Part shown: one piece after another, positions 22,179-35,444 of the stretch | Layout: the number at the start of each line of letters is the position of its first letter | Numbering within the stretch: the first letter of the stretch is position 1 | Origin: Octopus bimaculoides | Lineage: Eukaryota | Length of the DNA: 64,000 bases | Direction of reading: 5' to 3' | Assembly: GCF_001194135.2 (NCBI RefSeq) | Contig: NC_068987.1 | Span: 24,298,581 to 24,362,580, forward strand | Program-made: the position numbers and the translations under genes | Notes under the pieces: model-generated | The model's input: the letters and a program-made list of their open reading frames with translations, nothing else | Database searches by the model: none | Told to the model about the DNA's origin: nothing

Positions 22179-22260
22179 GAGTGGACCAAGAGTCACAAAG
22201 TCTGACTACATATTGCAATCTGTGAATATATTTTTATACTTTGTGACTCTTGGCCCATTC
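22179..22260. repeat. 82-bp hairpin (23-bp arms, 21/23 match)
   Basis: gagtggaccaagagtcacaaagt ... actttgtgactcttggcccattc. Confidence 0.85.
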
Positions 22261-22804
22261 TACAGATGATTATGGAGTTCAGGTTATAACCATTATTTTA
22301 ATTTTTAATCTTGATTTTTTTTCAGCCCCTCTTTACAATGTAGTTTCAAAATTCATCAGTTGTTCTTGTGCTGCTAAGGGCTTGTCACTCGAAATTGCAG
22401 CATTATCACTGGAGGTTAATTCAAGTAGTTTTTCAACAGTAAATCTGGGTAGTTTTCTCTTGATTGTATCTATATTCTTGCAGAAATATACAGATTACAT
22501 AATCCATAATTATTATGAAGATGTATAACGCAAGCTTGTCTTCCCCAAAGTTGTCTCATTACAGTTACCAGGAGAATTATAAACAAAAGCATAAGTACCT
22601 GTGTACAAGGACATAATTGCATTTATAAATAAATTTGGCATTTTATTGAAACTTGGTATATCTTCAACTTTTCCTCTGTTTATACAGTTCAACAATGTTA
22701 GAAGAGTCCTCAGAAGTTTTCACAAAATTGTTTTCTTAACTGCTTGGCTGTCATGCATATTCTTGATGGTAGTATTTGTTTAGTAACATTTCTTTTCAGA
22801 CTTA

Positions 22805-22990
22805 TCATCATTGCCATTATTTTAATATCTACTTTACCACACTTGCATGGCTTGGAAGGCAGTAATTGAAGCAGATTTTCTACAGCCAGATGCCTTTTTT
22901 ATCACCAACATTCATCTGTTTTTTAAGCAAGATATTTACCTGTGGCCAGACATATTTTCACAAAATATTGGAATTGAATGACGCTGGTTG
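22805..22990 (-). mobile_element. Second (GAT)n-tailed short retroposon family (diverged)
   Basis: gcagattttctacagccagatgcc...aagcaagatattt; related pieces near 31348, 34520, 39330, 45600, 58400. Confidence 0.5.
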
Positions 22991-23029
22991 TGTGACAGCA
23001 ACATTTACAACTATTACACTAGGTCAGCA

Positions 23030-23215
23030 TGAGACACAAACACACACACACTTGCACATATGATTGCTTTATTTCATCCATCTACCAAATCCATTCACAA
23101 GGCTTTGGTCAGCCCAGGACTATTGTAGAAGACACCTACCCAAAGGTTGATGAAGTGGAACTGAAAACAAAACCATGTGGTTCAGAAGTAAACTTCTTAA
23201 CTACACTGCACCTAT
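23030..23215 (-). mobile_element. tRNA-derived SINE family A, 5' half
   Basis: Reverse complement of the 46607 head (ctaccaaatccattcacaaggctttggtc...aaccatgtggtt). Confidence 0.7.
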
Positions 23216-23825
23216 AAACTTAAAATTATTTTTTTTATTCTTCTTAGTCTTCTGAGTAGCACTCAATTAAAGGGTAATGCAGCGATACATGAGTGACAAT
23301 CCTTTTTCTATTTTCTGGACGTCGGCTGTTTCTTTTTTCATGGATTCTATTATAGACTCTTTCCATTAAGTTGGCTTGTCATCTGCAATGACTACAGACC
23401 TCATAATTGGTACAAGAAGCACAGGGAAATAAGTTGCAGCACATCTGATAGAATTTTGACTGATCTAATAGCTTTTCATCAAATAGTTGCATTTGCTGCT
23501 GTTTTTAAATTTCTCTATCAACAGATTCAGTGCATATTTAAGGTTCATTAGTTAAATCATAAATTGATTCCAAGTCACTGGTAGATTTTTCTGCCAAATC
23601 TTAATTCACCATTGATTTTCCTGTTTTATGGTGATGTACGATTTCACTGGGTAATTTGTCCAGTGTTTCTTTTCTTTGTTATTCATAAGGTTGTTTGGAT
23701 CTCATGTTCTAACTCAATACATTGAGCAGAAGAGAACAGTTCTGATCTATTTGAAATGTCTTTTTGATCAAATTATATCAAGATTGCAAATCATAATCCC
23801 ATAAACATTGCTCTCAGCTGGCTGC

Positions 23826-23860
<35 letters not shown>

Positions 23861-23890
23861 GTATATATATATATGTATATATATATATGT

Positions 23891-23968
<78 letters not shown>

Positions 23969-24185
23969 ATATATATATGTATATATGTATATATATATAT
24001 GTATATATGTATATATATATATATGTATATATGTATATATATATATATATGTATATATGTATATATATATATATGTATATATGTATATATATGTATGTAT
24101 GTATATATATATGTATATATATATATGTATGTATGTATATATATATATATATATGTGTGTGTGTATATAAAAATATATATAAATG

Positions 24186-24220
<35 letters not shown>
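23826..24220. repeat. Compound (TA)n/(TATG)n microsatellite, about 400 bp
   Basis: Direct reading; source of the spurious YI-repeat ORFs. Confidence 0.97.
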
Positions 24221-24223
<3 letters not shown>

Positions 24224-25010
24224 CGTGATGTTGGATAAAATAATTAAAAATACTTTGTTAAATGGAAGTTTTATTATGTAATATGGAGTTGTTCCTCCCT
24301 GATGTATTATTCAAAGAATTGACTCATGTAGGTCATACAGGTTCTGAATAGTTGTTGGGAGAATTTTGAGCTATTCTTCTTGTAGCATCTGCTTTAACTC
24401 TTTCAGTGATGAGGGAAGAGGTTCTTCATCTGCTACTACAAACTGCACAATAAATGATTACATTGAGAGCCAGTGATTCCAAAGGCCATTCCAAGTGGCC
24501 TGCTTCACTTTTGTGCTGTTTGTACCAATTTTGAATAACATTAACCATATGAATCTGCACATTAATGTCTTGCAAGATTATTCTACCATCAGGAAACAAT
24601 GTTTGTACTATGGGATGGATATGATTGACGAAAATATGCAGATAATTATTTTATGTTAGCTCTGCCATGTAGAACAGTTGATGGGCCAAGAGATTTCTAT
24701 GACATGACTGCTGAAATCATCACAGATCTACCTCCATGCTTCACAGTTGTGTTGAAGGCTTCTTTGGGATATCTCTATATATAAATTCACCCTGAAGTAG
24801 GGAAATAGTGAATAAAGATTCATTCAAGACAACATTGAACCATTGACTACTACTTGGACACTATTTTTTCTGCATATTGTTGTTGAGGAGAGGAGAGGCA
24901 TAGCAATTGAATCTCTATCGTGATATCTATTTTATGAAGCAATTCAGCAGTTTTATTGATTGATACTCTTTCTGTCTGCACTCCAACAATTTTTTCTCTT
25001 TGGAAATCAG
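24224..25010 (-). mobile_element. Tc1-family transposase relic
   Basis: Minus-strand translation with stops: TTVKHGGRSVM, FPDGRIILQD, LEWPLES, PSSLKELKQMLQEE, GGTTPY; TA followed by a putative terminus at 24224. Confidence 0.75.
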
Positions 25011-26499
25011 TTAGTCATGCATTTTAACTTTAAGTATAAATATCTGCAAAGAAAACAAAGCTATAACCATGAAGTACAAGATATAAATGTATACAAATAC
25101 ATATATACCAACTAGAATAGCTTTGAATTTGTCATGTTGCATATGGGTCACACAGAATTTGTTGAGGTAGTTTTTACTGTGGCTGGTGCCCTTCCTGTTA
25201 CCAACTCTTATCTGTTTCTCATAGCTAAACATATTTTTCACAAAGGTCTAGAAATGACCTCGTTTGCATGAAGGTGTTACTCATTTACAGCCATTGTGAT
25301 GTTTAGACAATGGTACAGACACACACATGTACATACATACATACATCATCATTTATTAATTCAATGGTTTGACAGTATCCAATGGGTCCAAGGACTACAT
25401 CGTGCTCCAGTACTTGATTTGGTATAACTTCTGTGGTTGGATGCCCTTCTTAATGCCAACCATTGTACAGCGTGAAATGGGTGCTTTTTTCAAGTTTCCT
25501 GTGGCACTGAGCTTATCATGCAGCTCACAAGACTATGAACCCTGAAAGAAGGACAGGTTAGATTTATGCTAGGGAATGAGGAGTTAAAGTATGAGAGAAG
25601 CAGGAGGAGGTTCTTATAGAAGTGCTGCATGATCACTTGGAAATTAAGTGTCTACATTGCACCTCAAGGCATAAGGTAAGTAAGAGTGGGTGGGTGGGGT
25701 AGTTGCAAGATTGTATAGGGAAAAGAAGATGGGGGAATTATGAGGCAGACTAACTAAAAAACTGAGTAGGGTTGCAGGGCAGATAACCAATGATGTATGA
25801 GTTGGGAATGATAGAGGGATGCAGAAGAGATGGGGCAGGATAGTAATGATGATACACTTGACGAGAGAGATGACTTAAGGTTGGTTAGACTGCAGAGGTG
25901 CATGTTTTGCCCAGGCAGGCAGAGTACACAACATTTAATTTGGTTCAGTGGGTGAGTTGGAAGAACAATATTAATAGATGAAAATGGCTAAATGAAATAG
26001 TACTGGTAGCAAGGAAAAATATCTAGGGAGAACTACAGAGAGAGATGATGGGTGGAAAGAGAGAATAATAGGAGGAGAGGGCAAGGTGTACAGTAGCACA
26101 CATACACACAGTGCTTCCAGAACTCACTTGGAATCCACATACCTTTGAATTTCTCATTCAAATTTGGAGGTATAAAACTTTAATGAATGTCAGTATGAAA
26201 CATCCTGTAATTTTTATAATTACAAGAAAGAGAGATCTCCATCTTGTATATAAATGACAAGAAAATAAGTATTTGTAAGACATTCATAATAAGTCATAAC
26301 ATATTTATTACTGGATGTAATGCATTAACATATAGGTTAATTGAAGGAAAAGCTTGGAATGTCACATGAACCTATTTTGCAGCCTCATGTCTCAAAGCAA
26401 ATAAGGCGAACATTCGCGTGTGTGGGTGTGTATGGGAGTGGCGTGACTTAATGCATATCTAGGAACTGATAGGCAAGAGTGGCACAAAATTAGAAAGGT

Positions 26500-26555
26500 G
26501 TTCCTTTATATAAGGGATGAACCGGAAGTTCCTGCCTTTCACGTCATCCGGAAGT
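26500..26555. promoter_or_regulatory. ETS-CRE-ETS cluster beside a TATA-like box
   Basis: tttatataag, CCGGAAGT, cacgtca, CCGGAAGT within about 55 bp. Confidence 0.35.
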
Positions 26556-27789
26556 TAATTGGAAACTTCTAGAATGTAAGAATTTTCAAGAAGGTCGAGG
26601 GAGGTTACTCTTGTTAGGTCCCTTTTTCACTTTGCTTTCCTGCTTGACTGCCCGTTTAGTTTCATTTGCTTTGACTATGTAGTTTCTGTGATATTTACAT
26701 CTCAAATGATATCAAACTTTTTGAAACACTCTGTGTATACACACACACACACTCAGCTCTGCTGGAACTCAGTTATACTGAAGTGGACAGATTTTCTTAA
26801 GAATCCTATATCACCAACTATCTTGGACTTTTGTGATTTCTGCAAAGTTCCAGATCCTGAGATCACTTTTTACCACCTTGTCCTTTATCTTCCTGCTCTC
26901 TCTCTCTCTCCTGCAAGCTACATTGAGTTTTAGTGATTGGTACTTCTTTATAAAGGTGTCCTCATCCATTTGCATCATATATTCATGCTTGAACAGTCTT
27001 CTTCCTTGCACATTACATCTGATTCCTCTTTCAACCAGGTTTTCTCTCAGTACATATATACCGTACAATTCATGCACCTTTACACATCCAACAGAGTATG
27101 CTCACTTCATTTCTCTCCCGTCTTCACAAGTTCTCTGCATTCAAGGCCCATAACTCAGTACCATTCATCATTAAAACTCTAACGCATACATCATACCATC
27201 TGCCCTTCACTCTAAGGGAAAAGATCTTTATTGCCAGCAGTGATAGTAGCTCTTGTGAACTTTCTCCAACCCATTCTTACTCTGATTTCTATGCTTTCCA
27301 AGCAACCAACTCACTAATTACACCACCTAGGAAACAAAAGCTATCAACTAAATCTAGTGATCCATCCAGGTATTTAAGAGAAACTATTTTTAAGTGTAAT
27401 CTTATGTACTGCTCCACTGCATATATCACATACCAAGCTTACATTCTCAGACAGCCTGACTTTGATTCTACTCCTATCTTGTGTCCAATTCCCTGAAAGT
27501 ATCTGAATCCTATCGTGGAGCATTACCTGCAAAATTGTAAAGGACAAACTGTGATTGCATATGCATTGAATGGTCTTCATTCACTAAGGGTCAAGTATCT
27601 AACTGCAGCAAGAAAATTCCCATGATGGTAAGTGAGTCAATCTTCACTTCAGGTTAGTCCTTCTCTTGCTGCTTTCAGTGTTTGAGCTTCAATAAATAAT
27701 AATCTAATAGTGTTGTCAACCTTATTTTTTTATGTAGCTTAAAAACTATACTGTCTTCTTTCTTACTAAAACCTTTGTCATTGCTAGGT

Positions 27790-27791
27790 TT

Positions 27792-27849
<58 letters not shown>

Positions 27850-27852
27850 GTG
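27790..27852. repeat. (CA)n(TA)n(TG)n compound microsatellite
   Basis: Direct reading. Confidence 0.9.
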
Positions 27853-28984
27853 AATGATAGATCGCTAACCACTGCACACATTTTTTTTTCTCTGCTTGTT
27901 TCTTTCTTTAGACTTTTTCCATTCCTGAGCGTTATACCAATACATCTATTTGTTTTCTACACCACCTGTCTTCGTCTTTTTGTGAATTCTCCCCATATAT
28001 ATATGTGTGTGTGTGTGTGTGTAAACACACATACACACACCTATTTTTCCTAAGGCCTCTCCCTACCCCTGTTGCTTTCCGGGCAAGGCCTCTTCGCACA
28101 CCCGCTACTTTCCGGGCATTTTTGTTTTCATCTTCGTTTCCTACACCTTTTTTTTTTTTTTACATCCATTGCACTATTTAAATTTTTTTTCCATTTCGTT
28201 TCCAGGTAATAATGTCAACATTTTACCGAATTTTTTTTTAAACGAAGTAAACAACTTGATCATTTTATCTATTTATTATTTTTGCACATGCGATGTTATT
28301 TAAATTGTTTATCACTTTATAATGATAAATGTTGGTTGTTTGATTTTTCCTGTCAAGCTTTACATTGTATAAAGAAAGGTGGAGAAACTAAAGAAGATAT
28401 AGAAAGAGTTAACACAAGGGGTATAGAAAGAGTTAACACAAGCGGTATAGAATGAGTGCATATAGTCTGCTTGGAGGTAAACGAAAAAAAAAAGGTATTA
28501 TTGAGAAGAGGGAGTCTCCCCCCCTCTCTCTCTATATATATTCATATAGGGAGTTGGTCTTCCAAAGTATAAAATCAACACAGATAGTTTTTTTTTTTGT
28601 ATATTATTTTATCTAATTTTATTTAAAAGTAATATTTTTCTTTTGAAAATCAGTATTCACTTCCTCATGGTGCACAAGCACCAAAAGATGTGATAAAAGT
28701 TAAACTATAATTAAAATCTGTAAGCCGGTGTCAAAAGTATGGTGTGTAACACTCTAAGGTTTAGGGAATTACGAGGTAGAATGGTTACGGTTGATAAGTT
28801 GTGCTCGTATGAAATTAAATTACTTTGAACATACGCAACTGAAATAAATCGGACTGTTTACTTTGAAAATTTTGTTTCAGATCGTAATAGACGGAAATGC
28901 TCTTCTGTGCTAATGAGATCAGATGGGCACAGAATGCACACATTTACTAAATGCCCTACAATACTGGTAAGGTAATGCATAAAG

Positions 28985-29128
28985 TTCTCTAGTGATTAAG
29001 GGGAAATTGTTCGAGTATAGAACTCTCTAGTGATTAGAGGGGAAATTGTTCGAGTATAGAACTCTCTAGTGATTAGAGGGGAAATTGTTCGAGTAAAGAA
29101 CTCTCTAGTGATTAGAGGTGAATTATTT
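28985..29128 (+). repeat. 39-bp minisatellite, about 3.5 units
   Basis: ctctag starts at 28987, 29025, 29064, 29103; unit actctctagtgattagaggggaaattgttcgagtataga. Confidence 0.95.
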
Positions 29129-29308
29129 CAGCAAAGTTACTGTTATTTCCTTTTTATCTCAACTTCGGTCTCTCCTTCCCTTCAGATATCAATATATTTT
29201 TTTCTTGCGTTGTTAGTAATAATTCACTTAAGAAATTGTCCATTAACCAGAAGATAATAGAGATATATCTCCCATTATTTCATCTTATTACTATAGTGTT
29301 AAGTAAGT
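29100..29308 (+). promoter_or_regulatory. Predicted ZNF4 promoter and non-coding exon 1 (donor GTAAGT at 29303)
   Basis: TGATTAGAGG, cattaaccagaaga...aatagagata and cccattatttcat motifs shared with 37966-38260, 52069-52322 (minus) and 53475-53783. Confidence 0.65.
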
Positions 29309-31735
29309 ATTATAGATTTTGCACATTTCTTTTATACAAAATCTCTTCGTTCATACATCATTCCTACTTTCTCCATGATTCTGTATTTCTCATAGATAAT
29401 CCAGTTTCCCGGATATGTATTTTATATTTATTCTTATTCTTTCAGCTCTCATTTTATACTTACTCTACCGTGTTTTCTTATTCCAGGTTCCTTTTTGTTT
29501 AATAAATATACACCTAACATTTGTGTATTAAACAAATATGTTGCTACAGTAAATAGTTTACAAGTCCGAGGGCGCCAATGACATGGTCTGTGAACGTTGC
29601 TCACATATCTAGGTGAATTAGCAACAATTATGAGTGGCACGGATTCAGAACGTGCTAATGTTAAGTCCTGCAAAAAATATATCAATAAAAACTTTATTCT
29701 GCTTTTATGAATACTATAAGATTTCTTTGAGACCCAAATCAGATAAAAGTTTAGGAAGCCTCAAGATTAATCGAAAAAAAAATGTGCAACCGGTGTAAAA
29801 AAAAAAAAANNNNNNNNNNNNNNNNNNNNNNNNNNNNNNNNNNNNNNNNNNNNNNNNNNNNNNNNNNNNNNNNNNNNNNNNNNNNNNNNNNNNNNNNNNN
29901 NNNNNNNNNNNNNNNNNNNNNNNNNNNNNNNNNNNNNNNNNNNNNNNNNNNNNNNNNNNNNNNNNNNNNNNNNNNNNNNNNNNNNNNNNNNNNNNNNNNN
30001 NNNNNNNNNNNNNNNNNNNNNNNNNNNNNNNNNNNNNNNNNNNNNNNNNNNNNNNNNNNNNNNNNNNNNNNNNNNNNNNNNNNNNNNNNNNNNNNNNNNN
30101 NNNNNNNNNNNNNNNNNNNNNNNNNNNNNNNNNNNNNNNNNNNNNNNNNNNNNNNNNNNNNNNNNNNNNNNNNNNNNNNNNNNNNNNNNNNNNNNNNNNN
30201 NNNNNNNNNNNNNNNNNNNNNNNNNNNNNNNNNNNNNNNNNNNNNNNNNNNNNNNNNNNNNNNNNNNNNNNNNNNNNNNNNNNNNNNNNNNNNNNNNNNN
30301 NNNNNNNNNNNNNNNNNNNNNNNNNNNNNNNNNNNNNNNNNNNNNNNNNNNNNNNNNNNNNNNNNNNNNNNNNNNNNNNNNNNNNNNNNNNNNNNNNNNN
30401 NNNNNNNNNNNNNNNNNNNNNNNNNNNNNNNNNNNNNNNNNCGCGGGACTTATAGCTTTTTTATTTGCAATATTTTCAAGCAAATAAATGTACCTCTGGG
30501 GTATTTTATATGATATTTAAAATGTAGCCAAAATTAGTGAGTTATATACAAAAATAACTTGACTGTCTTCAATGGCCGAAACGAATAAGGTAATTGTTAA
30601 AAGTGTTATTTATTGTTGTTTTCATTTCTCTTTCCTTTTAATCTGAATATGCTGCAAATCGGATCTTTCTGATTTGGCGGACACCATTTGTTTTCTAACG
30701 AAACACTTTCAAACTTGGGACACTGGTAGAATGTGTCATATAAAACATCTTTTACTCTTAGTGTTGTTGAGAAAAGTTTATATTTTTAAAGTTACTTTGT
30801 CTTAAAATTGTATTTCAGTAATTTTAACCAATCACTGACGTCTATTGGGGTGAAAACAATTACTTCTGTGGATTGTTAACAACACGTTGTGGCGGTGTAA
30901 TGGGACTCAAAACGGTTGATTGCCCATTTTCTCTTTGATTGAACAAATTAGAATATATATTCCCAAAATATTATGTTTATTTAACACGTACGTCTTATCA
31001 GAGGTAAGTCGAAAGGCTTCGTTGAATGATGGGCTGCTAAGATGTGCTTGTGGTTCCCTTTGTATCCTGTTTTAGCAACCATTTATGTACATTTTATTAT
31101 TGTGTGCATCGAAGTTTGGTAATTTGGGACACACAATCACATATCTAATTTATTGAATCATTGAAAAATAGACTAAGGCAGATCATGGCTTGTCGCTACT
31201 AGCATACGGACTGGAACTTGTTCAACCCCATTTGGGTCATACGGAAGACAGGTCAGGATTGTGTGTTGACAGAATCGAGACATCTTAAGATCACATGAAC
31301 ATCTGTCTTTGTTATAGTCATATATATGTCTAGCATAAGACTGATGTTTTCATCATCATCGTTTTAATGTCCGCTTTTCAATGCCCGCATGGATCAGATG
31401 ACATTTGTTGATGCAGATTTTCTAAGGCTGGATGCTTTTCCTGTTAGCAACTCGTTTTCATGGAAAATTGGAAACAAAGGAAAACCCTTTTATGAGAGTG
31501 ACACTCATTTACAACTGTTACGCAATGTCAACACATACATGCACATCTATTTACTCAACAGGCTTCTTTCAGTTTCAATGTACCAAATCCACTCATAAGG
31601 CGTTTTTTTAGCTTAGGGCTTTGGTACAATGCACTTGCCACACAAGTAAGACTGAACCTGGAACCATGTATGTGGGAAGCGAACCCTATGCCTAATCAAA
31701 CTTTGGGCCGAATGAAGTAATCTAGTTAACATGTT

Positions 31736-31885
31736 ATAAGATGATCGGTTGGCAGAAACATTAGAGCATCTGACTAGATGCCTTGTGCTATTTGTTTCAG
31801 CTCTTTACTTCCTGAGGTCAACTTTGCCTTTTATGAGGACAGTGTAATTGACTGTTCTCCCTCCTACAAATATCTGGCCTTGTGT
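31736..31885 (+). mobile_element. SINE family B, diverged
   Basis: ttggcagaaacattagagca...gaggtcaactttgcctttt. Confidence 0.55.
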
Positions 31886-32114
31886 CTATGCTTGACACAA
31901 TTGTTGTATAGGTATTTCTATATGCTTGCATCAGGTGAAAAAATATTTTTAGGATGTTATAGTAATGTTTTGCAATGTTGGGTGTAGTGACCTGATCCTT
32001 ATAATTCCATTCCTACCACATCTCTCTAACACAATGCCTATGTTTTAGTTCTTTCTTGCTACTATAACTTTCAATATCTGTTCTTAAATATGTTTTCTCC
32101 CATAATCTTTATAA

Positions 32115-32152
32115 GCTTTGTCACTTATCTTTTTATTTCAGGTTATCTGATG
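32115..32152 (+). other. Predicted splice acceptor of the ZNF4 coding exon (exon from 32142)
   Basis: tttttatttcag|gttatctgatgacattgag. Confidence 0.7.
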
Positions 32153-32527
32153 ACATTGAGATGAAAATATTTCACTGACGAGGATCAAGATGTCAAACTT
32201 TTAGAGCTTGAAAATAATTTCGACAAATTATTTTTGCATCTCCTGGTTGATGTGATGTGAACTGTATTAAACTGATATTCCCTTGAAATTTTCACCATTA
32301 CTAGAAGGTTTTTCTGTACAAATTCAACTTAGATTTACAATGAAGCTTTAACAGTTATAAGTATGTATTATGTAACTATTTTATTAATCAGTGTTTAATC
32401 ATCTTTTAGTTGCTACTTATTTAGAAGAGTCTTTCCTTAGAAATACATTTGAATTGCATCCCTATCAGCCAAGATATAGTTTTATAAAAACCAGCAAACA
32501 GGAAAATATATATTAAGGGAGAAAGCT

Positions 32528-33190
32528 ATGGATTGGAAAGCAAAAAGTAATGATGTATCTACTGATACACAAGAAAATATAGAAGAGAATTTACACTCCT
32601 GTGATGTATGTGGGAAGTTATTCACCAAAAAATATATACATCAGCATAAATTGACTCATTCACCCCCCATATCATACCAGTGTGACGTGTGTAATGAAAA
32701 ATTCACTAGCGACATTTTGTTAACTGAACACAAAGAAACCCATGCAGGAAAAAAATTTTTTCAATGTTATATTTGCGATGACACATTTTCCACAATAGAT
32801 GATTTATCTTCTCACACATGTATGAAAACAGGGGCAAGGCCATACGACTGTGATATCTGTGGCAAAACATTTTCTAGAAGTGGTCATTTACAAGCCCACA
32901 AACGAATCCATATCCATGGAAGACCATACAAATGCGATGTATGTGGTGCAAAATTTTCTAGAGGTGGTAATTTAACTGCACACAAAAATCGTCATAGAGG
33001 ATCAATAACATATGACTGTGAAGAATGTGGAAGACAATTCAATCAAATCTGTCATTTATCTCGACACAAACGGGTTCACTCTGGGGAAAGACCATTCCAG
33101 TGTGATATCTGTAAAGAAAGATTTTCCAGAAGTGATGGTTTAGCTCAACACAAACGCACCCACAGAAAAAAAGAAAAAATAACCATGTGA
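32528..33190 (+). CDS. C2H2 zinc-finger protein ZNF4 (220 aa, 7 fingers, divergent linkers)
   Basis: Intact ORF; finger 3 lacks the last His; linkers IHGRP and RGSIT. Confidence 0.9.
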   Translation: MDWKAKSNDVSTDTQENIEENLHSCDVCGKLFTKKYIHQHKLTHSPPISYQCDVCNEKFTSDILLTEHKETHAGKKFFQCYICDDTFSTIDDLSSHTCMKTGARPYDCDICGKTFSRSGHLQAHKRIHIHGRPYKCDVCGAKFSRGGNLTAHKNRHRGSITYDCEECGRQFNQICHLSRHKRVHSGERPFQCDICKERFSRSDGLAQHKRTHRKKEKITM

Positions 33191-33618
33191 TATCTATGGC
33201 AGAATATTTTCATGTAACAGTGTATTTTTAATAAACCAATTTCCTCATGTATATTAGTGTTGTATATTTTATTACATTATTATTATTATCAGGGGATAGT
33301 CTGAGGCTCCTTTGCGTCTTTTATATGCACTGAATCATTTAATAGATGGTACAAGAGTATTAAAGCTTTAGCATTTAAACTGGTTATATCCAGCCAGCGC
33401 AGAATGTTCAAACTGGCCAGATCTGTTCTCTCATACCTACCTGACAGTGTCATTCGAATCATAAACAATGACAGCATTGAAATCAAAGCTACAAAATAAA
33501 GCATGATTAATTCAAAACAATGTGAATGAATAAGTGTTAAATTTGACAGAGTAATCTGACTGCTAAAGGATTAAACATTCTGACTCTAATCAGCTTTTTG
33601 ATTTTTGATTCATGACAG

Positions 33619-34355
33619 TTAGGCCTCACCGAGGCAATGACTAGTCACTGAGACCTTTGGAAATATGCTGTGCGTGAGAAGACCTGGCAAGCCAAGTGAG
33701 ACCATAATCCAGCCCACTTATTTGTACCTTTACTTCATTGGACACTAAACTCTGTTTGCGAAGACCTGTTGAAGCAAGTGAAATCGAAATTGAACCAAAT
33801 TTGATGACTCCCATGCCAACCTTTCCTTCATTAGAAACTAAACTCTGCTTGCGAAGACCTGTTGGGGCAAGTGAAATCAAATTCGATGACTAGCACCTGT
33901 GCCAGTGGAGCACTAACAGCACCATCCGAGTGTGATCATTGCCAGAGCAGCTGTCTGGCTTCCATGCTGGTGGAACGTAAATAGCACCATTTGAGCGTGA
34001 TCGTTACCAGCGTTGCCTTACTGGCACGTGAAAAAACATTCGAGCGAGGTCATTGCCAGTGGCCTGTATAAAATACCATTTGAGCATGGCCGTTGCCAGT
34101 ACCACCTTACTGGCCCTCGTGTCAGTGGCATGTAAAAACACCCATTACACTCTCGGAGTGGTTGGCGTTAGGAAGGGCATCCAGCTGTAGAAGCTCTGCT
34201 AGATCAGATTGGAGCCTNNNNNNNNNNTCCAGCTGTAGAAGCTCTGCTAGATCAGATTGGAGCCTGGTGCAGCTATCTGGTTCACCAGTCCTCAGTCAAA
34301 TCGTCCAACCCATGCTAGGATGGAAAGCGGACGTTAAACGATGATGATGATGATG
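33619..34355 (+). mobile_element. 5'-truncated RTE-clade LINE
   Basis: Colinear with 16160-16930 (ttaggcctcaccgaggcaat...gttaaac(gat)n). Confidence 0.87.
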
Positions 34356-35444
34356 AACAGTTCTTTCAAATTCAAAATGGTTTCTACAACTCATTGGGCT
34401 ACTGTCTTCTGTGGTCAGAGACCAATTAAAGCCTTGTAAGTAGACAAAAACCAAATGAAGCCTGTTGCGTGTGTTTGTGTCTATTTGTCTTAGCATTATG
34501 CAATACAAGTAGTGACATTTCCAATCTTCCTTGAACATATCCAGTCGTGGGGAAATATTACCTTGCTTGGAAACAGGATAGACATTATCTAAGACTGGAC
34601 AGAGTTGCACTGTAATATCTATAAGAATGATTTGAGACGAGTGAGAATGATTATACCTGATAGCCAACACCCACTGAACAGATGATATATGTATACCAAT
34701 GAAGTTAAGTAACATTGATGAAATTAACTATGATACACTATCCTCTGTGGTAAGATTAGTAGGAAGGATTGGTCATCCAGCATGATCTGTTTACATTCTT
34801 ATGGAGAGGGTGTAATGACAGCAAGTCACATCTAAGTTAGTGTGACTGGCATGTTCTTGTAAAGATGATGTATGGCAAAGTGTGAGTATGGCAGCATGTC
34901 ATCCAGCCTAATGCTACTGTTAGCATATTCTTGTAGGAATGGTGTGTATGACTTAATGTGACAGCAAGTCACATACTTCCTGCCATCTGTTGCAGTACTC
35001 TTTAATCTTTTTTTGTGGGACGAACATTGGAATTTGTGAATGGCTATATTTGAGGAACTTTTGTGTTCCTGGCCATTTTTAAAGTAACTGGGAATGGCGG
35101 AGGTGATTTGTCATATGATAATGTTTGAAATTAATCTGATAAAGGATATAGGAGATTGTTATTAGTGACTGCTCATATCTCAGGTTTTGGTTATAATATT
35201 AGGTGTTTAGGTTCCCGTAAGCTAGTGGTTCAGCAAAAGACTCCGATAGATTAAGTACCAGGCTTAAAAATGTTATGGAGTTGATTCATTCGACTAACAA
35301 TTCAAGGCATGGCCACAGGCTAATAATTGAAGCAAAAGACACAAGAAAAGTTATAGATGTATGCATCTAAATAGAATACTTATACCACTCAGAATGTCCA
35401 CAGTTACTGCTACCAGCTATTAAATCATTGAATAATATTATATT

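Noticed and set aside
23808-24238. YI/YM-repeat ORFs
   Set aside because: Translations of the (TA)n/(TATG)n microsatellite.
25560-27480. Purine-rich and pyrimidine-rich blocks flanking 26500 as an inverted repeat
   Set aside because: Compositional mirror only; no alignable arms found. More likely old LINE debris.
28985-29128. 39-bp repeats as a CRISPR array
   Set aside because: Units are contiguous with no unique spacers, no cas genes, and the context is eukaryotic.
34178-34270. Direct duplication of about 40 bp on both sides of the 10-N gap (likewise gtggcggaaact around 35837-35846)
   Set aside because: Typical unmerged contig overlap, not a biological tandem repeat.
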